Shown one piece after another: positions 42,001 to 51,145 of a stretch of DNA of 64,000 nucleotides. Within the stretch, counting starts at the first letter, position 1. Every line of letters starts with the position of its first letter. Source of the DNA: Candidatus Poribacteria bacterium (GTDB lineage: Bacteria > Poribacteria > WGA-4E > PCPOR2b); contig OZ244042.1 of the NCBI GenBank assembly GCA_965215015.1, positions 192,001 to 256,000 of the forward strand, given 5' to 3'. The translations under genes were made by a program, and so were the position numbers. The notes beneath the pieces are model-generated. The model did not search any database. It worked only from the letters and a program-made list of their open reading frames with translations, and was not told where the DNA came from.

Positions 42001-42739
42001 ACATAGAGAAGTTGATCAAGTCCATATATTCTTCAATCTGAGTGTGAATCGTGAAACTGGAGGCATGGTGAAGAGCCATGACAATCGCGCGAAAATCATC
42101 TTGCCGCCCAACAGTTTGCCACAGACAACCATCGTGACAGTAAATCCGTCAGCGGCGGAGGAATCAGTGTCCCCTATTCCGTTTCAGGCTTACGATTTTG
42201 CGCCTGAAGATCTGCGGATGCACCGGCTGAAGCCGGCAACCCTTGAATTCTCCATCGAAGATGTGCAAATAATATCCTCGCAATCTAAAATGGAAGAAAC
42301 CTTGACAATCGCCCGCTGGAATGGCAAAACATGGATCCCTATTGGCGGGACAGTTGATGCACAGGGCAGAACCATCTCAACAGGAGTTTCGATGCTCGGA
42401 CGGTACGCTATCACAACAGTACCTGATGTAACAACGGCGCAAAACACAATCATCTCCAATCTAACATGCCAGCCGCGCGTATTCTCACCTAGCCGGGGAT
42501 CGACGTGGATTTCGTTTCGGTTAAATCGTCCTGATGACATAACCATTAAAATCTATAATGAAGCCGGACGATTGCAACGGTTACTAAGAGAATCAGAACC
42601 CTTATCAATTGGTGGACATGTTTTCGAGTGGGATGGGCGTGATGATGAGAATCAACGGGTTGTTAGCAATTTTTACATTGTTACCGTTGAGGGGGAGGGA
42701 GCGTTGGGGACGAAAGTCGTTGTGGTACAGAATAACTGA
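39026..42739 (+). CDS. Secreted two-component-regulator-type propeller protein with Ig-like domains and FlgD-like C-terminus (start likely further downstream)
   Basis: Many 'ED..G.IW.GT..G' / 'DGL..N.V..I' repeats; C-terminal 'PRVFSP...IKIYNEAG...WDGRD'. Confidence 0.85.
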   Translation: MGSRYKLLLTRTTNADNAISVVSLDIYTMSAFLYFFRSPHLHIVLFPKYSFRLPFHLLFFSLFLVLSFLVSNTTVAQQNFQWRNFTRIGDELISNNIRTITEDRLGQIWLGTDKGLNRLDGFWHEAGRSSGGPQGVDVFKVFEDLAGFIWVATEAGVYQGVWNLSRGQVDWLQYYNQQTGLIGIGGRVVTMIQRRNGEIWIGTPLGVNRFDGVVWSTVAGAEVGQLNQGVQVIYEDKAGALWFGLSQSNRLHSGNLISRFNNVGWEIFSVNDGLPNGDVQTILEDSLGNLWVGTTAGVAVYDGSTWHVVTAQDGLLIGSNVQSIMSDQEGTLWIGTTAGISQFRLPAQFSTAALRDLGRWRHLTRANGLASNNIQALFETRTGEIWIGTRDNGVNFSDQSWKSVTTNNGLSHDSVTAMLKDRQGRLWVGTRNGLSRYTQNGVELIDRALGNEIRTLAEDFQGRIWVGTNAGIGVFNGGAWEVFRIPDINVNSVQSIVVDSTGNIWAGTGFLPTDDLPGLDRYDGQQWERNQLLEIGRTIVVMFADSQERIYFGTVGNEEGGSDLWVYDRLNVNRRIYSLPEPFSIHTILEMPSGEIWVGTDTGIQIFDRQTLNLTASLTTTDGLVDNRVQVLYRDQDNRIWIGTADGVSLFRNDRFERILTASDGLNSNNISAIAEVDGVFWFGSGDNGGVSIFSPEKAPPRTRITDGPKNGEIVGVTSLVFKFEGGDASTPTGELRYFYTLDDGPLIPTDDQGRDKRAVLSGLTEGPHRFTVYAIDREDNRDMTGASAEFVVDSLAPNVSITAPKENAVIGGVYEIRGTATDATDFLDYQIRIFPGDSVSDADISLLSFVSTVPIRGDILYRWDTRTVPAGLYTIQLVARDTPTGSYDREHPAVTSVTVEVDRRRPQVEILSPTENEQVPQSIEIRGTADDRNFKEYIIEYGAGESPDTWLPISKPPTFSSPVTRDILALWEAPNLSGRYTLQLIVEDTAGHREVDQVHIFFNLSVNRETGGMVKSHDNRAKIILPPNSLPQTTIVTVNPSAAEESVSPIPFQAYDFAPEDLRMHRLKPATLEFSIEDVQIISSQSKMEETLTIARWNGKTWIPIGGTVDAQGRTISTGVSMLGRYAITTVPDVTTAQNTIISNLTCQPRVFSPSRGSTWISFRLNRPDDITIKIYNEAGRLQRLLRESEPLSIGGHVFEWDGRDDENQRVVSNFYIVTVEGEGALGTKVVVVQNN

Positions 42740-43019
42740 GGAATGAGGCGTGAAGCGTAACGTGAGGAGCAAGATTCTAGAAGCCAGACAAACGGCTAAA
42801 GCGGTTAGAAATTATCAAGGGTTGTTTGCCGTTTTGCACATGAACTGTAGCTTTAGCATTTTTTCTATCCTTTGCGAATCTTTAATGGTAAAATTATAGA
42901 ATCAAAGTTCCCCTGTCAAAACCTCTTAAAGAATCTTAAGTCTCAATGATATGGATTACCGGATATGGATTACCGAAACAGTCTTGACAAAATTGAGTGT
43001 ACTTCGCATAGGATTCGGA

Positions 43020-45119
43020 ATGCGGGGCTGCCTTTCAATATTTTTTATCTTATGCGCCGTGACCATAATATATGCTGCTGAAGATCAGACAACAACAGGT
43101 GCCCGTGCCATCGGTATAGGAGGAGCATTCATCGGCGTTGCGGACGACGAAAACGCGGTGCGTCGGAATCCCGCTGGACTGACCCGTTTGGACAGGTATG
43201 CCGTAGGGTTCGAGCAGACACCATATCGATTGTTCGATGCCTTAGAGACAAGCTATCTCAGCGCGGTCTTGCCCACATCGGAGAAAATGGCACTAGGTAT
43301 TGATTGGTTGCAGGTCGGCATTCAAGATGAAGAACTTGACTCGAACCGTAGCAGTTTCAACTTCGCTTATAGTTATGCTCCGTTGGCCCAACTATCCCTT
43401 GGGGCGAATCTGAAATACTTTACATGGTCAATTGCGCTAGATGGCAGATCGAGGGGGGCAGCAACAGGTTGGGGTACAGATATTGGGCTTCTATTCCAAC
43501 CCCATCCTCGCTGGAAGTTGGGGATACTTGCACAAGATTTCATCGGTTTTGGATCTGGTATGGGATTGAGCTCCGGCACCTGGATCCGGCACGATTCAGA
43601 TGTCAGCGAAAAGATCTTCCCGACCGCGTACAAGTTTGGCATTGCTTATCACCCTGTTTCGGATTGGCTAATCTCGGCAGACCTGACAGACCGGTTGCAG
43701 CTCGGCACAGAATTTTTGCCGAATCGAAATTTTGCCATCCGCGCTGGATTCCAGAAAGATTTGTATACGTCTGAGCCACCGACCTATTCGCTGGGTGGAA
43801 GCATAAGATATAAATGGATGGACTTTAACGTCGCCTATCTCATCCCGCCGACGTTGCCGCCAACGACGTATGTTGGGCTTTCGCTCAACTTCGATTTTCG
43901 GAAGTTACCGATCCTGATTGAAGTGGTTCGCGTGAAAAGTCTCTACCCGGTTCTTTATCACTATTATGCTAGACCGAATCGAGAGGCTGAAACAGAAGAG
44001 TTGCCGGATGCTACCACGCCCCCGGCATATACCGACGCGGATCTAGAGCGATACTATCCACTTAAAGGAGCGGATTCAATTGGCAGGATTTGGCTTAAAA
44101 ATGAAAGCAGTAAAGAGGTAACCGTTCATATAAAACTGTTTATTCCTGAATTTGTCAGTAAAAAAGGCACAGAAGTTGCGCTGAGTGATATTAGGGTGCC
44201 GGCGTTGACGCGAAAATCCGTACCGATACAGCGGCTTGTCCTATCACAGAAGGCACTGGAATTGTCTCAAAGGCAATCTGTCGAAGGATGGGTTCAGGTG
44301 ATTGAGAGTGGTGGATCTGCCTACCGAACTTTTCCTGTAACATTTTTGTTACACGATAACCACACAATCTACTTGGATGATGTTGGTAAACTTGCTTGTT
44401 TTATTTCCTCGGAAAGTTCGGCGAAGGATTCAGCGATTGGGGCTTTCATTAATCAGGTTCGTTCCACATTTCAGACGGAGATCGATACTGCTGGCATACC
44501 AGAAAACTTGTATGTTGCCATGCTATTGTTTAATACCCTGCACGGTGTATCGTACGCGCGGGATCCAAATATACCACAGGGAAGCGGGACGATTGATGCG
44601 CTTAAGTATCCCCATGAAATGTTAGAAAGTCTCATGGGACCATATTCAGAGGATGATGATAAATCCACCTTTGGGGATTGTGATGACAGCACAGCTCTCT
44701 ACTGCTCTCTGCTTGAATCGGCCGGGATCAAAACGGCACTTATTCAATTACAAAATCATGTGTTAATGGCATTTGATATAGGCAATATTTCCGTTGAACA
44801 GGCGCAAGAGATGGGTTTACCCAGCAGTCACTATAAGACAGTCAACGGACAGGCGTGGATTCCGGTTGAGACAACCCTTATCAACGATGGTTTCGCAGCC
44901 GCATGGCGAGAAGGGTGGGAATCGCTCCAAGCAGTGATTTCGGAAGCGATTCCTGTTGAGGATGCATGGGAAGAATATGGGGAGAGCTTTCCACAGGGAG
45001 AACCCATCCAATTTTCTATCCCGAAAGATCTCGTCCAAAAACGGAACGATGTGGACCTCGCCACTCCATGGATGATGGAATTTTTGAACGCGCTCTCCAA
45101 TTCAGAAATAGGAAGATGA
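43020..45119 (+). CDS. PorV/PorQ-like beta-barrel fused to a transglutaminase-like (Cys-His-Glu) domain
   Basis: N-terminal 'GARAIGIGGAFIGVADD..A...NPAGL'; C-terminal 'GDCDDS..YCSLLESAGI...NHVLMAF...WIPVETT'. Confidence 0.75.
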   Translation: MRGCLSIFFILCAVTIIYAAEDQTTTGARAIGIGGAFIGVADDENAVRRNPAGLTRLDRYAVGFEQTPYRLFDALETSYLSAVLPTSEKMALGIDWLQVGIQDEELDSNRSSFNFAYSYAPLAQLSLGANLKYFTWSIALDGRSRGAATGWGTDIGLLFQPHPRWKLGILAQDFIGFGSGMGLSSGTWIRHDSDVSEKIFPTAYKFGIAYHPVSDWLISADLTDRLQLGTEFLPNRNFAIRAGFQKDLYTSEPPTYSLGGSIRYKWMDFNVAYLIPPTLPPTTYVGLSLNFDFRKLPILIEVVRVKSLYPVLYHYYARPNREAETEELPDATTPPAYTDADLERYYPLKGADSIGRIWLKNESSKEVTVHIKLFIPEFVSKKGTEVALSDIRVPALTRKSVPIQRLVLSQKALELSQRQSVEGWVQVIESGGSAYRTFPVTFLLHDNHTIYLDDVGKLACFISSESSAKDSAIGAFINQVRSTFQTEIDTAGIPENLYVAMLLFNTLHGVSYARDPNIPQGSGTIDALKYPHEMLESLMGPYSEDDDKSTFGDCDDSTALYCSLLESAGIKTALIQLQNHVLMAFDIGNISVEQAQEMGLPSSHYKTVNGQAWIPVETTLINDGFAAAWREGWESLQAVISEAIPVEDAWEEYGESFPQGEPIQFSIPKDLVQKRNDVDLATPWMMEFLNALSNSEIGR

Positions 45120-45260
45120 GTAACACGACGAAATCAAAAGAAAATTTACGTTTCATGTTTTATACTAAATCTGACAGGCTGCTAGGTTTAGCATTCCGTA
45201 TTTATGTGTCGGTTTGACACAATACACAACTCGCAATAGATCACACGAGGAGGACGCTCA

Positions 45261-46139
45261 ATGATAGCACACAAAACCTTAACCTCTACAATCTGTTTGC
45301 TCTGTATGATTCTGGCGTACGCCGCGTATGCCGAACCACAGGAGTCAACAGCAACATTTACCTTTGGCAAGATAGAAATTCTAAAAACTGGTGAACAGGA
45401 GTGGGGGTTTCTGGAAAAGGGCATGATCTTGGCTGCAGGCGATTTGGTGCGAATGCCACCTTTCTCGCTGATGCGGTTAAAACTAGCGAACGACACCCAC
45501 TTGCCAACCCTTTCGGGGGGGCGCGAGGTACTTATTCGCACGTTAATTAAGGAAGGACTTCAGCACAGGGAGGCCCAAAAAGGAAAGCGGATTAATGAAG
45601 ATTTTGATGCAAGCCCCGCAATCGATGGGCTGCCCGTTGGTAATAGACCGAAAACACAGAATCGTGTTGCGGCTTTTAAGACGACACCTACCGTCAAGAT
45701 AAGCCAAACCGAACTGGAAACCCTCCGCCACAATATCGAGTTGCTCCCCGATGAGATTGCATCTTCGATTGCTTCTTTGCTTGGGACTCCTGTCAGGGAA
45801 AATGTGGAGAATCCTTCATATCCTGCTCCCAATTTGGACTTGGCTCGAAAATTCTACGGTATACTCAACAGGATTGAGACCGATGCGTCGCTGCATCCCT
45901 TATTGTATGCTCAACTCCTGCACTATGCCGGTCTCAATGTCGGTTTCGATGCAAATGAAGAAGGACAACTGTTCGTTGTTTTTGACAGCGATATCCCCTC
46001 CGATAATGCAAAGCAGATCGCTGTAAATGAGCAGTTAATCTATAAGAAGCCAGGGGAAGATACAGTCTGGATTTCTGTGCGGATCCAATCGTCACAACAG
46101 AATTTCACGACAGCGTGGTATCAAGGAAGTCAGCAGTAA
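45261..46139 (+). CDS. Secreted protein with FecR-like N-terminus and degenerate transglutaminase-like C-terminus
   Basis: Signal peptide; 'G.IEI......W......L..GD.VR'; C-terminal ~90 aa aligns by eye to the C-terminus of the upstream protein. Confidence 0.65.
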   Translation: MIAHKTLTSTICLLCMILAYAAYAEPQESTATFTFGKIEILKTGEQEWGFLEKGMILAAGDLVRMPPFSLMRLKLANDTHLPTLSGGREVLIRTLIKEGLQHREAQKGKRINEDFDASPAIDGLPVGNRPKTQNRVAAFKTTPTVKISQTELETLRHNIELLPDEIASSIASLLGTPVRENVENPSYPAPNLDLARKFYGILNRIETDASLHPLLYAQLLHYAGLNVGFDANEEGQLFVVFDSDIPSDNAKQIAVNEQLIYKKPGEDTVWISVRIQSSQQNFTTAWYQGSQQ

Positions 46140-46208
46140 GCCGGAAATAGGGGAAATGAATCTATGGACAAATGAGGGGATTACGCATTCTACGCCTCAC
46201 GAAACCTT

Positions 46209-48155
46209 ATGCTCTCAAGACAAGCGCAATCTCAGAAAATATATCTCCTGATTGGCATCGTGAGTCTGCTGCCATTCTTAGTGGTCGGGTTTCTACGTGA
46301 TTTGGGGACCTTTGAGTTTATTGAACTGAAGACATTAGATGCTTGGCTGCAATGGACTGCGCCCCGTTCTTCGCAAATAGCCTCTCAGATTGCACTGATT
46401 ACGATTGATGCCAAAAGCGAGGACGAACTTGGAGCAATGCCATGGCGTTCTCACATTTACGCTGCTCTAATACATTCCCTCCGACAAGTGGATCCGATAG
46501 CAATTGGGTTGGTTGCGTGGTTTAACCGCGAGTGGGAAGGCGAACAAAAGATTCCCGGTGAAAAACTATTTGTCATCCGTCCTTATCCAAAGCCCACTGC
46601 CCTAGACCGTCATGCGCTGCCAGAAGTCACCGATTGGTACACCTTGCCTGACAACCTGACACAAGCGCAGGGGTGGGGCTTTAGTCATTTCCCGTTGAGC
46701 CCTTCCGATGGTATCTACCGCTCTGCCCAGCTTGTCGTGAAAGACCGTGCCACAGATACCTACCGCTACTCTTTTGTAATGTCAATCCTGTGTCAAACCT
46801 ATGGTATCTTTCCCACCTCAATAAAATTGCGGGAAGGATTTTGGAGTGGCAAATATCTCGAATTCACCCCTCCAGCGGGAGAGGTGGTCCGTATTCCTAT
46901 TAACTCACAGGGGCAATTATTCATTCGGTTTGCAGGTGACGAGGAGGCGTTTCAGCCTACTTCTTTTGTTGAGGCCCTATCAATGTCAGGGAAGGGGATT
47001 GACCATGACCAATTTTTACAAAAATTTAACGATAAGTGCATCTTGATTGGTATTACGACACCAGGAGTCAACAAGAGAGCGACCGCCCTGGGTGAACTGG
47101 CGGCACTTGCTCTGCGGGCAAATCTTCTCAACGGTCTGTTGAACCGAGATTTTGTTTGGCAACTCAGTCGATGGGGAAATCTCCTCTATGTTGCGTGTCT
47201 CGCAATCCTTTCGGGCGCAGCAACAATTTTAATCTACCGGGGCGGACACGGTTACCGATCTATGCTGCTCTTCGGCAGTGGATTAATACTATGCCATCTT
47301 CTTTTTCTAGGCGGAATGTTCGTTCTCTTCGACCTTTGGATCGAAGTCACTGGATCAACGCTGGCATTGCTTCTCAGCGGCGTGATTGGTAGCTTATTCC
47401 TAGCACACCTTCGGCTGCGGCATTTACTTAGACAGTTGCAAACAACACAAGATCAGCTAGTTAGGTCGGAGAAGGAGGCTGTGTTTGGTATGATGTCAGC
47501 ACGGGTGCGCCATGAGTTGCGAAATGCTCTCAACTTAATCCGCGCACCTGCCGAAATGATCCGGATTAATTTCCAGAAACAAGATCCTCTCAGACTGCGA
47601 GAACAACCTGAAGATATTGTTAGTGAAATGGATCAGATCATTGGTTGGGTGACGAAGCTGGACGAAATGATTGAAGATGAATTCAGCTTTTTCCAAGATT
47701 CTCACATGAACTTTCAACAGCAAGCCCTTGAACCCATTCTGAAATCTGCATTGGAGATGATGCAACCGGTGATCGATGAACATCATATTGAAGTTCGACT
47801 GAGGCTGCCACCGGAAATTCCGCCGCTTCTCCTCGATGCTGATAAAATACGGATTGTCTTTACGAATCTGATCAAAAACGCTTGTCAAGCGATGCTGTCG
47901 GGTGGAATACTGGAAGTGGTCGTGAAGGTGTCAATATCTCAACAGAACCAAGTTACTGTCATCGTTAAGGATACAGGGACGGGCATTCCGGCGGACGAAC
48001 TCCATCGAATCTTTGAACCTTTTTATACAACTAAGCCACGTGGATTGGGCCTTGGTTTGGTCAATGTAAAGAACATCATTGAGGGACATGGCGGAACAGT
48101 GCGGGTGGAAAGCGAGATTGGCGGCGGAACGACGTTTTTCGTTAGGCTTCAGTGA
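46209..48155 (+). CDS. CHASE2-domain sensor histidine kinase
   Basis: 'ELKTLD', 'IALITID..S..ELG.MPW.', three TMs after the sensor domain, H-box 'HELRNAL', 'NLIKNA', 'DTGTGI', 'FEPFYTTK..GLGLGL'. Confidence 0.92.
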   Translation: MLSRQAQSQKIYLLIGIVSLLPFLVVGFLRDLGTFEFIELKTLDAWLQWTAPRSSQIASQIALITIDAKSEDELGAMPWRSHIYAALIHSLRQVDPIAIGLVAWFNREWEGEQKIPGEKLFVIRPYPKPTALDRHALPEVTDWYTLPDNLTQAQGWGFSHFPLSPSDGIYRSAQLVVKDRATDTYRYSFVMSILCQTYGIFPTSIKLREGFWSGKYLEFTPPAGEVVRIPINSQGQLFIRFAGDEEAFQPTSFVEALSMSGKGIDHDQFLQKFNDKCILIGITTPGVNKRATALGELAALALRANLLNGLLNRDFVWQLSRWGNLLYVACLAILSGAATILIYRGGHGYRSMLLFGSGLILCHLLFLGGMFVLFDLWIEVTGSTLALLLSGVIGSLFLAHLRLRHLLRQLQTTQDQLVRSEKEAVFGMMSARVRHELRNALNLIRAPAEMIRINFQKQDPLRLREQPEDIVSEMDQIIGWVTKLDEMIEDEFSFFQDSHMNFQQQALEPILKSALEMMQPVIDEHHIEVRLRLPPEIPPLLLDADKIRIVFTNLIKNACQAMLSGGILEVVVKVSISQQNQVTVIVKDTGTGIPADELHRIFEPFYTTKPRGLGLGLVNVKNIIEGHGGTVRVESEIGGGTTFFVRLQ

Positions 48156-48215
48156 ACTTCAACCATTTTCTTACACAATACATTTTGGACAGTTAGGCAT
48201 TATCGGATACGAACC

Positions 48216-49679
48216 ATGAAACACGCACGAATTTTAATCGCAGACGACGAACAGGCGACCTGCAAATATATTGATAAGCAACTTAAGATGGAGGAATCGA
48301 TTGATGCTTCTGTGGATTTTGCCTATAATCGGGATGCAGCAATCGCAAAATTGGACGAAAACCCGCCTTATGATTTAATTCTGATCGATCTCTGGATGCC
48401 GGATGCACAGGGTATTTTGGATAAAGAAGCGGGGCTAAAAGTCCTCAAACGAAGCAAACAGCAACACCCTATATCCCAGGCCTTAGTAATCACTGCCAAC
48501 AGTTCCTCGGAAACCGCGCTTGAAGCGAGTGGATTAGGGATTTATGACTATATCAGCAAGCCGATTAACTACACCCATCTGATCGAAGTCGTCAAAGAGG
48601 TGTTGACCCAGCGTAACGACAAGCCTCTCTCTCAGGACAACAACATCAGTTCTGCGGACAATTATGAAATTATCGGTAAAAGCCCTGCCATGATTGCGGT
48701 CATGACAACAGTGGGGCGAGTCGCGCGATCAGAAACGGATGTCTTACTCTATGGTGAAAGCGGCACCGGAAAGGATTTTGTCGCACGCGCTATCCATAAA
48801 CATAGTCCCCGTTGCGAAGGTCCCTTTGAGGTCGTTAATTGCAGCGCAATTCCAGCGGAGTTAATTGAGGCGGAACTATTCGGAATCGGGAGACGGGTAG
48901 CGACCTCGGTCGATCAACGTTCGGGCAAGTTTCAGCAGGCACACGGCGGGACCATTTTCCTTGATGAAATTGGTGATTTGGGTCTAGAGATGCAGCCGAA
49001 ATTACTGCGTGTACTGGATTATAAAGAAATTCAGGGCGTTGGGGTGAAAGTACAACGCGTTGATGTTCGGATTATTGCTGCAACCAATCGCGATCTTGAG
49101 GGAGCTGTGGCAGCTGGAAAGTTTCGTAGCGATCTCTATTTTCGTTTGAAGCCGATAATTGCTTTACCCCCATTGCGTGAACGCGAAGGAGATATTGAGT
49201 TGTTGGCGTGGCATTTTCTTCGCAAATATTCTCATGTCCTTGATCAGAAACGTGCCCTTGGTTTTGACGATGCAGTGCTCACAGCATTCGAGCAATATCA
49301 TTGGCCAGGGAATGTACGGGAGTTAGAAAAAGCGATTGAATATGCAATTCTTACGTGCACGGGTCAACAAATTTCTACACGTGATTTAGTCCCGGAAATC
49401 TTTAATAGAGACATGCAACCTGTCCCCGAACCCTCTAATCAAGGAAGAGATAGAGGGAACGCCAATGTTGGTTTGCAGGAAGCAGAATTTCACAGCTTAC
49501 TTGACGCAGCGACGATTAAGGAAGCGTCACAGGGATTTGAGCGAATTTTCTTAGTGCACAAGCTCAAGCAAAATCACTGGAACATCCAGGCAACGGCGGA
49601 GCAAATCGGCATTCGGCGCCAGTCGTTGCACCGTAAGATTAATGAACTGGGGTTGCAGCGGGATCTGAACGATATCTAG
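48216..49679 (+). CDS. NtrC-family (REC-AAA-Fis HTH) response regulator with atypical GAFTGA loop
   Basis: REC 'ILIADDE..DLWMP..KP'; 'GESGTGKD'; 'FLDEIG'; 'WPGNVREL'; loop reads 'ELFGIGRRVATSVD'. Confidence 0.92.
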   Translation: MKHARILIADDEQATCKYIDKQLKMEESIDASVDFAYNRDAAIAKLDENPPYDLILIDLWMPDAQGILDKEAGLKVLKRSKQQHPISQALVITANSSSETALEASGLGIYDYISKPINYTHLIEVVKEVLTQRNDKPLSQDNNISSADNYEIIGKSPAMIAVMTTVGRVARSETDVLLYGESGTGKDFVARAIHKHSPRCEGPFEVVNCSAIPAELIEAELFGIGRRVATSVDQRSGKFQQAHGGTIFLDEIGDLGLEMQPKLLRVLDYKEIQGVGVKVQRVDVRIIAATNRDLEGAVAAGKFRSDLYFRLKPIIALPPLREREGDIELLAWHFLRKYSHVLDQKRALGFDDAVLTAFEQYHWPGNVRELEKAIEYAILTCTGQQISTRDLVPEIFNRDMQPVPEPSNQGRDRGNANVGLQEAEFHSLLDAATIKEASQGFERIFLVHKLKQNHWNIQATAEQIGIRRQSLHRKINELGLQRDLNDI

Positions 49680-49892
49680 TGGCAAGTTGTGTCGCTTCTG
49701 TGTTACACCGTCACATTTAGATGACGTTGTTGTGATGCGTAAGCAGCTTTGGGATTGTTGATTAAATACGATTATAAAAAAAATCATATTTTTCAATTAA
49801 TAATCATCAATCTTCTCTACTTCTATCTTTGTGGTTGTTTTATTTTTAATTTTCCCTTCCCTTTTTCTCCTAATTTTCACCTTCTCGCAATG

Positions 49893-49907
49893 TGGCATAC
49901 ATATTGC
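49893..49907 (+). promoter_or_regulatory. Putative sigma-54 (-24/-12) promoter of the sigma-factor gene
   Basis: TGGCATACATATTGC (GG-N10-GC) ~45 bp upstream of ATG 49954, preceded by an AT-rich tract and dyads at 49690-49726. Confidence 0.65.
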
Positions 49908-49953
49908 CTAGACTATAAAGTAGAGATTTAAGTATTGGGGATTGGGGGAAAGA

Positions 49954-51144
49954 ATGACTGAACAGATAAATGAAGTTACGCAGTTAAAAGACCCTACTGG
50001 GAGGCCCGTTGAAGATTTAACAATCCCGAAGCTGCGTTCTGTACCCACCGATGCACAGATACACAGACCGCCTGAAGAATTTCCACCAATTGGTGCAGCC
50101 AATGACAGCACCAAGACGTTTGAAATCTGCTATTCAGATCGGGAGGATGGTTCACTAAGGACTTATCTTCATCAGATTGGAAAAATCCCACGCTTAACTC
50201 AAGCAGAAGAAACGCACCTATTCATCAAGATTGAAAAGCACCAGTTGCAAATTGATGAACTTTATCAGGAATTGACAACCCATCTTACCGACATTTCTCT
50301 GGACAATCCGCCATCTACTGCTATCCTCGAGCACAGAATTATAGCTGAATCCTTCCCACAGTCCACCGAAAAATACCTTTTGGATTTGGTAGGACATATA
50401 AAGTTATGCAACGCAGAGATTTGCGCTGCTAAGAACCACGTTGCTGAGGCAAATTTAAGACTAGCAATCTACATCGCCAAAAAATATCAGGAGCGTGGGC
50501 TTGATTTGCTCGATCTGGTTCAGGAAGCGAGCATTGGACTCCTTCAGGCTGTAGATCACTTTGATTGGCAGCGTGGTGTCAAATTTGGGGCATATGCTTC
50601 GTGGTGGATGCAGCAGGCAATTGGCTATAGCATTGCGAATCACGGGCGTACGATTCGTTTGCCGGCATATCTCCTCAAGGAGATTCGCAAGGTGAATCAA
50701 GTAGAAGAAAGTCTGCATCAGCAGATGAACCGTGAACCCAGTCGAGAAGAGGTCGCTGAGGCATCAGGACTCAGTGTAGATCGGCTCCTACTATTAGAGC
50801 GATTAACTGCTAATACCGTATCGCTAGAAGTTTACACTAGTTCCGGTCAAGGTGAGATTGAGGATTTTGTCGCGTGTGAAAACACCCCTCAGCCGCTAAC
50901 AGAAATCACCCGGCAAAATTTAATAGACGAAGTGAAGACAGCTTTAACTACTTTACCGCCACGCGAACAACAGATTGTTTCCCTGAGGTATGGACTGGAA
51001 AATGGGGAGGAGCACAGCTTACAGGAGATTGGCACCCTACTAAATCTTTCCAGAGAGCGGATTCGACAGCTTGAGTTGAGAGCTTTGAAGCGACTACGCC
51101 ACCCTGCCCGATACGACCGCCTCCGGGATTTTGGAGACATATAG
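49954..51144 (+). CDS. Alternative sigma-70 factor (RpoD/RpoS-like)
   Basis: Region 1.2 'LRTYLHQIG.IP.LT..EE', 'EANLRL..IAKKY..RGL.LLDL.QE', 'AYASWWMQQAI', 'RTIRLP', 'SRERIRQLE'. Confidence 0.92.
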   Translation: MTEQINEVTQLKDPTGRPVEDLTIPKLRSVPTDAQIHRPPEEFPPIGAANDSTKTFEICYSDREDGSLRTYLHQIGKIPRLTQAEETHLFIKIEKHQLQIDELYQELTTHLTDISLDNPPSTAILEHRIIAESFPQSTEKYLLDLVGHIKLCNAEICAAKNHVAEANLRLAIYIAKKYQERGLDLLDLVQEASIGLLQAVDHFDWQRGVKFGAYASWWMQQAIGYSIANHGRTIRLPAYLLKEIRKVNQVEESLHQQMNREPSREEVAEASGLSVDRLLLLERLTANTVSLEVYTSSGQGEIEDFVACENTPQPLTEITRQNLIDEVKTALTTLPPREQQIVSLRYGLENGEEHSLQEIGTLLNLSRERIRQLELRALKRLRHPARYDRLRDFGDI

Positions 51145-51145
51145 C

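Noticed and set aside
42948-42975. 14-bp tandem duplication GATATGGATTACCG x2
   Set aside because: Only two copies in an intergenic position; no evidence of function
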